This document shows positions 49,465 to 57,185 of a stretch of 64,000 nt of DNA, piece after piece; within the stretch, counting starts at the first letter, position 1, and every line of letters starts with the position of its first letter. The stretch comes from a virus. The notes under the pieces were generated by a model. It did no database searches. It saw only the letters and a program-made list of their open reading frames with translations, and had not been told where the DNA came from. The stretch lies in the IMG/VR virus record IMGVR_UViG_3300026130_000003, positions 1 through 64,000 of that record; one strand, 5' to 3'. The position numbers and the translations under genes are program-made.

Positions 49465-50353
49465 CTTCCGAGTATATCTCTTTGATAGTTTCTGTTGGGA
49501 TTTCATCATCCGTTATTGTTGTGTTCTTCACTCGTTGCCAACGCTCATGCGCTTGTAACTCATGTTCTAGTTGTCGTGTCCAACTAGGTGCTTGACCTAT
49601 ACTTTCTAATAGATCGTCTCGCAAACCTTGATTCTTTTTCTCATTGTTTAGTACACGAGTAAAAGAGTTGTTCACAACAGCAGTATAGTATGCAAACGGG
49701 TTATCTGATTTATCTTCGCTAAACTGTAGACCAATTTGCGCAAGTTGAAGCAATGCTTGACCGCGCATTTCATCTACATAAGTGTAGCCACGCCAGTTAG
49801 AACGTTGGGAAAATCGTTCAACCAGTTTGATATACATATTCGCTAGTGTAGCAGTAATCTTACCGTGAGTCAAGTCAAATTCTTTGTTGCTGTTATAATG
49901 TGAAATACCTACACATACAGCCTCACCATCTTTCAAGATGTAATGCTTGAATGGCGGGAAATTCAACTTCGCTTTGTAATCTCGAGGATGTTTTGGATTA
50001 CGCTTACGTCCTGGTTCATCAGGAATGTGCTCAAACGTCATTACACGGAATACGATTTCATCATCTTCAAATGTATTGGCATCTACCACAAAGTCAACTT
50101 TTTTCTTAGACTTGTCAGTGTTTAAATCCCAATCAAGTGTTTGTAAACGTTCTGCTTTGTTTTGTTTTGCTTCATCTAAACGCTTTTTCATTTCATCTAA
50201 AACGTTTAGATCACCCTCTTCGTTGTTAATAATTAAATCAAACTGATGGTACTTTTCTCTGTCTTCGAACCAACAGTGGTTCGATTTTGATATATGGATT
50301 TGCTTGAGCATATCCTTATTGTTTAGGTAGTTAGGACCTCTTCTTTGAGACAT
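49457..50353 (-). CDS. gp55: Late-transcription sigma factor
   Basis: NYLNNKD, NWRGYTY.DEM, F...KS.NPFAY.T...N.F.R....EKK; gp55-47-46 synteny. Confidence 0.85.
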   Translation of the reverse strand: MSQRRGPNYLNNKDMLKQIHISKSNHCWFEDREKYHQFDLIINNEEGDLNVLDEMKKRLDEAKQNKAERLQTLDWDLNTDKSKKKVDFVVDANTFEDDEIVFRVMTFEHIPDEPGRKRNPKHPRDYKAKLNFPPFKHYILKDGEAVCVGISHYNSNKEFDLTHGKITATLANMYIKLVERFSQRSNWRGYTYVDEMRGQALLQLAQIGLQFSEDKSDNPFAYYTAVVNNSFTRVLNNEKKNQGLRDDLLESIGQAPSWTRQLEHELQAHERWQRVKNTTITDDEIPTETIKEIYSEDD

Positions 50354-50380
50354 AGATGTTTTTCTCCTTATAGTTCTAAC

Positions 50381-50452
50381 AGTATACTACAATGATACTA
50401 CAGGTGTCAAGTAATACGAGTCTATATTTATCATCCGTACCATGTATAAATA
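50381..50452. promoter_or_regulatory. Divergent promoter region: sigma70 (-) and late (-) for gp55; late TATAAATA (+) for the glyco-island
   Basis: TTGACA(50410)-18-TATACT; GATAAATA 50425-32 (-); TATAAATA 50445-52 (+). Confidence 0.6.
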
Positions 50453-50457
50453 ACCGT

Positions 50458-51675
50458 ATGAAAAAGTTAGATAACGTATTAAAAGAAAATCCGTATTTGA
50501 GAGAGTGCAAAGACACAATATTTACTGTTATTGTGCGTAACACATTACATGATTCATTGGACCACGATAAGATAAAAAGTAAATCGTTTATACATGGGTT
50601 GCTTTCTTATACCACTTGGTCTAAAAACACTGATTTGTTTCAGTATTTGACTCCTGATGCGTTACAAAAACTGAAAAACAAAGATTACTTTTTTGTGTTT
50701 GATGCGAGCACAGAAGGATTTGATCCGGTTAGGGAAATGCCGTTCTTTGATTTATTATACTTCAACTGCGAAAAGTACGGAGTGAGTCCTTCACAAATCA
50801 TATACACATCGGCTAACTTAGCAGATGAAACAAACATAGAAAAGTATGTAGCGAGAACCAAGAAAGAACCTATTCATGTGTTTTCATTCCCTTCATTTGA
50901 ACAAGTACTATCTATAGATGGACGAATGAACAGGCAAATTCTTGAGCACCATTTTCAAACTGCTCACCACAATTGTGCAATGGAACACAGAGATAAGATG
51001 TATTCAAGTCTTAGTCGTGTAAATCGTTACTACAGAACTATGGCACAATTTTTGTTATCTCGCAGTGACGTTAATCATTGGGGTCTTATAAGCCACGACA
51101 AGGTTCATCCTAACTTACTAAGACGTATTAAAGAAGAACCTCATTTACACGATATACCAGAAGAAGATTACGAGGCATGGTTGAACCGGTTACCCATGAT
51201 TGTTGACAACAATGATTTCAATCGTAACTGGGCGTTGGATACACCATACCGTCACATACACGACCAAACTCTGTTTCAAATTGTCAACGAAACATCCGTT
51301 TCGTATGATTCAGGATCTGTCATGTTCTTTTCGGAGAAAACATTCAGACCAGTAGCATACTTTCAACCATTCTTAATATATGGTAATCCCGGAGCAAATA
51401 GACACTTGAGAAAATTAGGTTACTATACATACGAAGATTGGTTTGAAGACATGTCGTTTGATGATGAGATAGACCCAGTAATACGTTACAGAAAACTTCT
51501 GGAAGTTGTACGCAATACTTGTCATAAATTAGATAAAATGAACACTCGTGAACGAGTGGAGTGGCGTTTTAAAAGGACTGATATACTAAAACATAACTTT
51601 GAAACTATGGTAAGGTCAGACCATACAATGGCAAAGATAAAACAATTTCTGACCGACCTGGACAACAAACTATGA
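50458..51675 (+). CDS. Putative glycosyltransferase ('ET...SEKT.RP' family)
   Basis: SLSRVNR..R, IVNET...FSEKTFRP...GY.TY...FD; start moved from 50392. Confidence 0.55.
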   Translation: MKKLDNVLKENPYLRECKDTIFTVIVRNTLHDSLDHDKIKSKSFIHGLLSYTTWSKNTDLFQYLTPDALQKLKNKDYFFVFDASTEGFDPVREMPFFDLLYFNCEKYGVSPSQIIYTSANLADETNIEKYVARTKKEPIHVFSFPSFEQVLSIDGRMNRQILEHHFQTAHHNCAMEHRDKMYSSLSRVNRYYRTMAQFLLSRSDVNHWGLISHDKVHPNLLRRIKEEPHLHDIPEEDYEAWLNRLPMIVDNNDFNRNWALDTPYRHIHDQTLFQIVNETSVSYDSGSVMFFSEKTFRPVAYFQPFLIYGNPGANRHLRKLGYYTYEDWFEDMSFDDEIDPVIRYRKLLEVVRNTCHKLDKMNTRERVEWRFKRTDILKHNFETMVRSDHTMAKIKQFLTDLDNKL

Positions 51676-52541
51676 AACTAATTGAACGACAACCCAAACG
51701 AATATTTACATTCGGATGCAGTTTCACCGCATACCATTGGGCAACATGGCCTGAAATTATAGCCTCAGACCTTGATATACCTTTATACAACTACGGACGC
51801 AGCGGTGCAGGTAATCAATATATGGCACAACAGTTTGCTTATGCGAATGCCAAACATAAGTTTACAGAAGACGATTTGATTATGGTTTCGTGGACAAATG
51901 TGTGTCGTGAAGACCGATGGGTCGATGGTACTTGGGTCACTCCAGGTAACATTTTCACCCAAAACATTTATGATGAAAATTGGGTTATGCGATTCGTTGA
52001 TCCACTAGGTATGTTGATACGGGATCTGAACACTATTTCACTTGTCAAAACCACACTCGAAGCAATAGGTTGCCAATGGCACTTTATCAGTATGGTAGAC
52101 ATAGCAAGACAAATAGACCAAGGCGACAACAACAATTTAATTAATGGCAAACATTCAGATGTGTTAGCCAGTCTGCTGGTAGATCACAGAGAAACACTTA
52201 ACAGTATCACCGCAAATTTTTACGAAGTATTGTGGAACAACGATATCAATAAGAACAAATTTGAAAAAGAATATTCTATATTCGGCAACAAGTTTAATGA
52301 TGGTCACCCGCTTCCCGAAGATCATTTGCTATTCTTACAGCGAGTGTTTGACGAACACAATTTCAAGAATGAAACTGTAGGCAAAACACGGGTCGCTCAA
52401 ACAAATTTGATACACGATATTAAACGAATAACGGCAAAAGCAAGAGGGCTTATGCCTATATACCAGTTCAATCACAATGTAAAAGTTGCGATGGAAGAAG
52501 CGGCTACTATAGTTAAGTCAGAAGAGAGCATTTTACCATGA
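51672..52541 (+). CDS. SGNH/GDSL-fold protein (putative O-acyl esterase/transferase)
   Basis: FGCSFT, G.SGAGN, WT...RED, DGHP...H. Confidence 0.65.
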   Translation: MKLIERQPKRIFTFGCSFTAYHWATWPEIIASDLDIPLYNYGRSGAGNQYMAQQFAYANAKHKFTEDDLIMVSWTNVCREDRWVDGTWVTPGNIFTQNIYDENWVMRFVDPLGMLIRDLNTISLVKTTLEAIGCQWHFISMVDIARQIDQGDNNNLINGKHSDVLASLLVDHRETLNSITANFYEVLWNNDINKNKFEKEYSIFGNKFNDGHPLPEDHLLFLQRVFDEHNFKNETVGKTRVAQTNLIHDIKRITAKARGLMPIYQFNHNVKVAMEEAATIVKSEESILP

Positions 52542-53623
52542 TAAAAGTATTTTGGTCAGACACAGTTATTCCTACCATTATAGGCAGTCAAGCACACTTA
52601 TTACCTATCGAACTGGAAAAAGACAGGTTTGAAAAAGAATACGACATTACTAAATGTGATATAATCCCAGTTGTTGGCGGTCGAGGTGTAAACACTAAAG
52701 AACAGTTTGAATTTATCAAAGAAGATTACAACAACCAACTGATTGTAGTGTTCAGTATCTACCATGTTGACGACCATTCAGATATTAAAAAAGTACACGA
52801 CCAAATAAAACAAGAATGGGAATCCTATGGTTGTAGAGTAGTAATCGTACATACTAATAAGAAAAACACCTCGTATCCATTCTATGACATATTATGGAAT
52901 CGACAAAAAGCATATTTTACCGAGTATGATAAATTCGATTTAAGAGAACGAGTGTGGACTTGGGGTGCAAGTGCTAAAATGTTTGAATTGAATCCTATCA
53001 CAAAAGTAAAAGACCCTAAACACTACCTTGCTCCAGGAAGAATATACTATCATTCAATGACGCATCCTAGGACTATAGCACGAATCAAACTTAAAGAATT
53101 TTTAGAACAAGATGCATATAAACATAAAGGTTACGTAAGCGATCCACTTAATAAAAACATTCTTTCTCCGCAAGAACCTAGTTGTTTGATGGACAACAAC
53201 AATGGTTTCGGTGCCGGACTTTGGTGGCCTGTTCACAATGACTATTACGAAGATTCGTACTTTAGTGTGTATGTAGAGACTATCACAACAAACGGCGAGA
53301 CAGAATCTATCACAGAGAAAACATGGGATCCTCTAATCAAAGGTCACTTTATTTTACCATATGCGTATCCTGGCATAGTGCAAGACTTGCGTGATATGGG
53401 GTTCAAGTTTCCCGATTGGATTGATTACGGTTACGATAACATACTGAATGATGATGAAAGGTTTGAAGAATTTCTAAAATCACTCAAAGATTTACTAGCA
53501 TTATCTCCTATGACACTACGCAGTTTGTATGATAAGGATAAGTACATTCTAGAACATAATAGAAACATGTTCTGGGTCAAACCATACGATTCGTTGTATG
53601 AAAAAATAGTTGACATTCTATAA
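52538..53623 (+). CDS. Putative glycosyltransferase ('ET...TEKT..P' family)
   Basis: YVET...ITEKTWDPLIKGHFILP...GF.FPDWIDY.YD...R...HN. Confidence 0.55.
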   Translation: MIKVFWSDTVIPTIIGSQAHLLPIELEKDRFEKEYDITKCDIIPVVGGRGVNTKEQFEFIKEDYNNQLIVVFSIYHVDDHSDIKKVHDQIKQEWESYGCRVVIVHTNKKNTSYPFYDILWNRQKAYFTEYDKFDLRERVWTWGASAKMFELNPITKVKDPKHYLAPGRIYYHSMTHPRTIARIKLKEFLEQDAYKHKGYVSDPLNKNILSPQEPSCLMDNNNGFGAGLWWPVHNDYYEDSYFSVYVETITTNGETESITEKTWDPLIKGHFILPYAYPGIVQDLRDMGFKFPDWIDYGYDNILNDDERFEEFLKSLKDLLALSPMTLRSLYDKDKYILEHNRNMFWVKPYDSLYEKIVDIL

Positions 53624-53638
53624 TAAATATACTACAAT
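53610..53638 (+). promoter_or_regulatory. Sigma70-type promoter of ligase
   Basis: TTGACA-17-TACAAT. Confidence 0.75.
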
Positions 53639-53668
53639 AGCAAGGCAATTAACACTGAGGAAAAACAA

Positions 53669-54796
53669 ATGGAAGTTATTAAAAAATACATACCGCTATA
53701 CAAACTAGACACCAAAGGCAAAACTCGTGTGTGGTATATGGAGTTAGGGCAAAACGGTGAAGAATATGGTTATCGTACCGTGGCAGGTATCAAAGACGGT
53801 AAAATGGTTACTTCTGAGTGGAGATTGTCTTCAGGTAAGAATCTAGGCCGCAGTAATGAAACTACACCCAGAGAGCAAGCAGAAAGCGAAATCAAATCCA
53901 ATTATACGTCAAAACAAGATTCCGGTTACTTTGGTGATCAAACAATGATCAAAAACTTTGACAAGTTTATGCCAATGTTAGCGAATGATTACTCTAAACT
54001 AAAAAAGGGTCTAGAGTTCCCAGTAATTTCACAACCCAAACTAGATGGTATTCGCTGTCTTTCTCGTGCTAATGGTCTTTGGACTCGTGCTGGCAAAGAA
54101 ATTACTAGTTGTCCGCATCTTGAAGAATCATTGAAAGAAGTTTTTGATGCAATGCCAGGAATTATCATTGACGGTGAACTATACAATCACGAACTAAAAG
54201 ATGACTTCAATAGTATCACTTCTATGGTTCGCAAAACTAAACTAACAGAAGCAGATATTACCAAGTCAAAAGAACTTGTACAGTACCATGTTTATGACTT
54301 GTTTGATACTAACAATCCCAACATGCCATTTACTGACCGTCAACAACTGTTGAGCGAAATCGTAAAAGATATAGAAGGTGTTGTAGTTGTAGAGACAACA
54401 AAAGTATTTTCCCAAGAAAAACTAGATGAACTATATGGTACTTACCTGACTGACGGTTTTGAAGGGCAAATGGTTCGCATTGATAGTGCATACGAAAACA
54501 AGCGTAGTAAATTCCTACTCAAACGCAAAGAGTTTATCACAGATGAATTTACTGTAGTATCAGTAGAAGAAGGTCAAGGTAATTGGAGTGGACACATCAA
54601 ACGCTTTGTTCTAAATCTACCTGATGGAACACAATTCGGCGCTGGTGTTCGTGGTAACCAAGCAACGCTTAGAGAGTTGTTTGAATCAAATAATAAGCCA
54701 ACATGGGCGACACTACGATACTTCACACCTACACCTGATGGTATTCCACGATTCCCAGTAGTAGTTGATTGGGGAGTCGGAGAACGAAACGACTAA
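53669..54796 (+). CDS. lig: ATP-dependent DNA ligase
   Basis: PMLA, QPKLDGIR (KxDG), IDGELY, YHVYD, EGQM, YENKRS..LLK.K, PRFP. Confidence 0.95.
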   Translation: MEVIKKYIPLYKLDTKGKTRVWYMELGQNGEEYGYRTVAGIKDGKMVTSEWRLSSGKNLGRSNETTPREQAESEIKSNYTSKQDSGYFGDQTMIKNFDKFMPMLANDYSKLKKGLEFPVISQPKLDGIRCLSRANGLWTRAGKEITSCPHLEESLKEVFDAMPGIIIDGELYNHELKDDFNSITSMVRKTKLTEADITKSKELVQYHVYDLFDTNNPNMPFTDRQQLLSEIVKDIEGVVVVETTKVFSQEKLDELYGTYLTDGFEGQMVRIDSAYENKRSKFLLKRKEFITDEFTVVSVEEGQGNWSGHIKRFVLNLPDGTQFGAGVRGNQATLRELFESNNKPTWATLRYFTPTPDGIPRFPVVVDWGVGERND

Positions 54797-55311
54797 ACCC
54801 CATTAATAGAAGCAGACTCCACTGAATCTCGGTGGAGTTCCCAAAACATATCTGCCCCACAGAATATCCAATCACCATGATTCTTACTGGTGTACACGAT
54901 AGAATGTGGGGTTTTCCACCCTAGACTTGCTTGATACGCAACATACTTCCCTTTACGATTGAACTTCATAAACATAATGTTTAGGTCTTTGTCTTCGGCT
55001 ACTTCCATACATTGGTCTATCCATTTTTCTAGTATGGGAATATAACCCGGCGATAGTAACGAGTGAAATTGAAAATCGGCGTAGAATTTACATTCAGAGT
55101 TAAAGTACTTCCAGTTATCAGGCGGAATCAAATCCCCTTTAAATGAACGAATTTGTCCCTCGCTTAGTATCTCAGTTCTCTTTTGATTTTTACCTCCGAT
55201 GAATGCACCGGAGTTAGGGACACGAATAAACGAACCATTATATAGTTCACTTAAGAATTTTGCTTGTTCTCGTTCATAACCAGAACCTTTGTTTTTTGAT
55301 TTGTTAGACAT
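54793..55311 (-). CDS. Holliday junction resolvase-like PD-(D/E)XK nuclease
   Basis: SKNKG..YERE, R.P.SGA, GDL, SECK; start taken at ATG 55311. Confidence 0.75.
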   Translation of the reverse strand: MSNKSKNKGSGYEREQAKFLSELYNGSFIRVPNSGAFIGGKNQKRTEILSEGQIRSFKGDLIPPDNWKYFNSECKFYADFQFHSLLSPGYIPILEKWIDQCMEVAEDKDLNIMFMKFNRKGKYVAYQASLGWKTPHSIVYTSKNHGDWIFCGADMFWELHRDSVESASINGV

Positions 55312-55439
55312 TATCACCATCCTATAGAGGTCTTTAACAAGACCTAAGCCCTCATAAAAACTCAAACTTCGTAAACTCAGTTTTCGTTTTTAATCGGTCT
55401 TTTCTCTGCCGAGGGCTATTAAGAGAATTATTGTGCTCT

Positions 55440-55447
55440 TATTTATA
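55440..55447 (-). promoter_or_regulatory. Late promoter TATAAATA ahead of a structured leader of the resolvase gene
   Basis: Exact T4 late consensus; leader has AGCCCTC/GAGGGCT and GGTCTT/AAGACC stems. Confidence 0.6.
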
Positions 55448-55449
55448 TC

Positions 55450-56020
55450 ATTACCAGGAGGAGCCACAATTGCCCCGTTGCCGGGGCAAATGGTTAACTC
55501 GGATATTACCGAGGTGTCACCTCTGTTTATGGGTTAGTCTCCAGATAGACGAGGTAGGTTGGCGATCCCCTCTTAACCCAGTACTTGCGACTTTCGTCCC
55601 AACGGCACCTTAAACATATCTAAACAGACCAATATGAATAAAGCCGGCAGTGATTTTGTATTTCCTGCCATCAGTGTGTGCGTTCTCTGGTTTTTCACAG
55701 TTCATCGGCACGGTTACTCTGGTATACATGCGGTTACATGTATTTTCCGCAAGAATAGGTAAGTATCCTTGCTCATTACAGACTATTTTGCAGATTTACG
55801 AGAAGCGTGGAAGCGCCTAACCTTCCTATTCTGACGGCAACACCATTACGATGGCAGTCTCAATCCCGGATACAATGTATCATCCAGTTCTGCTTGTAAG
55901 TATAGTTCACTACATTTTAGATAGTTTTAGTTTTAAGACGCTATAAGACCTTGGTGGTCGGATTCTGAAGTCGGTTTTTATATAATAATATTCTGGATGT
56001 TTCCGTCGTTACTGACGGGT
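55450..56020 (-). ncRNA. Candidate large structured RNA with group II domain V/VI-like module
   Basis: No credible ORF, GC-richer than flanks, many stems with minus-strand GNRA loops; boundaries approximate. Confidence 0.7.
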
Positions 56021-56021
56021 A

Positions 56022-56261
56022 CTATATAATAGGCGTACCAGCCTTCTTGCTCATTTCAAAATTGTTCTCTATTATAGAGTTCAAGTGTTTGATATGAGTT
56101 ACAGGCATTTCGTGGATTTCAGAAATAGAAACCCCTCCACGCATGTACCAAGTTAATTGTAACAGGTTATAGTGTAACTTGTCAACCTGTTTTTCGTATT
56201 TTTCAATACGCTCCTGTATATCTTCCGTGCTGGCTGTTACGAGCCAGCGATGGAAAAATTT
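56022..56261 (-). CDS. gp51-like frame, probably expressed by -1 frameshift from the upstream ORF
   Basis: Not in ORF track; reads FFHRWLVTASTEDIQERIEKYEKQVDKLHYNLLQLTWYMRGGVSISEIHEMP...GTPII*; slippery A AAT TTT at 56261-55. Confidence 0.65.
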   Translation of the reverse strand, partial: KFFHRWLVTASTEDIQERIEKYEKQVDKLHYNLLQLTWYMRGGVSISEIHEMPVTHIKHLNSIIENNFEMSKKAGTPII

Positions 56262-57088
56262 ATAGGATTTACCTCAATATTCACTTCGTCTACATTCCCG
56301 CATTCTGGGCATGTGAACTTTAACAAGTTTGAATCATCAGGCTTCTTAGATAATTGTACAGCAATTTGGTTGATCTTGTCAACTACTTTTCCGGGAATAT
56401 TGAACATAAATTCGTCAATAAATGCCTTGTCAGTCACTATTTCACCATCTTCGGTTTCTATTTTGTAGATTGCTTCTGTTAGAAGACTAACATTGTGTTG
56501 TACAATCTTATTGAAACTTTGGTAAAATCGTTTTGCAAGTTCCATGTCACCATCTGGATCTTCGTCCGATACACTGCTTTCAATTTCTAGTAAAATCTTT
56601 TTACGCTCTATATCCATAAGACTCAAACGAGTTACACTTTCAACTGTTGCAGGTGAGATATAAATTTTTATACCCTCATGTTCAACAACAGGTATCTCTT
56701 TAATATCCGGAAACCTATTCATAAGTTGATTCAAATCAACTTTGTAATCTGTCACTGCGTCACATTCTGTACATTGATGCGTGTGCTCTATGTCCTTTCC
56801 GGAACTGGCATACTGTATTGCTAGGAACAATGACTCCGCATCTATGTTACATAGTTTTCTTGGATTTGGAATCGAAGGCACACAACTTTTGATGACATTG
56901 ATGAGAGCCTCACCGTTTAACAAAGCATCTGGATTCTGTAATGATATTTCATCTAGCGCAGTCATTGGTAAAATTGGCACTTCATCCAATATGGTCTTAT
57001 CAATCTCTGGATTGAATAAACCATTGGTTGGCAATGTAACGTACATTGCAGGTTTTCTGAAATACTTACTCAGTGGGTTGTTTGACAT
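56237..57088 (-). CDS. Baseplate hub / tail assembly chaperone (gp26-like)
   Basis: NPL..YFR.P..Y..LP..G, PMTA.DE...PDALLNG, two CxxC pairs (CTEC, CPECG). Confidence 0.75.
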   Translation of the reverse strand: MSNNPLSKYFRKPAMYVTLPTNGLFNPEIDKTILDEVPILPMTALDEISLQNPDALLNGEALINVIKSCVPSIPNPRKLCNIDAESLFLAIQYASSGKDIEHTHQCTECDAVTDYKVDLNQLMNRFPDIKEIPVVEHEGIKIYISPATVESVTRLSLMDIERKKILLEIESSVSDEDPDGDMELAKRFYQSFNKIVQHNVSLLTEAIYKIETEDGEIVTDKAFIDEFMFNIPGKVVDKINQIAVQLSKKPDDSNLLKFTCPECGNVDEVNIEVNPINFSIAGS

Positions 57089-57103
57089 TGATTTTTCCTA
57101 ATT

Positions 57104-57150
57104 GATAAATACATTGTAAGCCGTAGTACGGCGTAGCGTTTCTATTTATA
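57104..57150. promoter_or_regulatory. Face-to-face late promoters for the divergent chaperone and tape-measure-like genes
   Basis: GATAAATA (+) 57104-11, TATAAATA (-) 57143-50, hairpin GCCGTAGTACGGC between them. Confidence 0.6.
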
Positions 57151-57185
57151 CATGAAACCTGTAAACAACGAGAGATACGATAAAA

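Noticed and set aside
39126-55365. Longest-ORF starts at 39126, 46640, 49509, 50392 and 55365
   Set aside because: Extensions run through promoter, leader or upstream-gene sequence; downstream ATGs fit RBS, promoter or family N-termini better.
55431-55613. 60-aa plus-strand ORF
   Set aside because: No RBS, atypical composition, antisense to the structured RNA.
55450-56020. RNase P, tmRNA, tRNA or group I intron identity for the large RNA
   Set aside because: Only scattered fragments match (GAGCAAGG, CCGGCTTTA, AATCC..CCACCA, CAGACTA/TATAGTT). Order and stems do not fit, there is no T-arm pairing, and no gene is interrupted.
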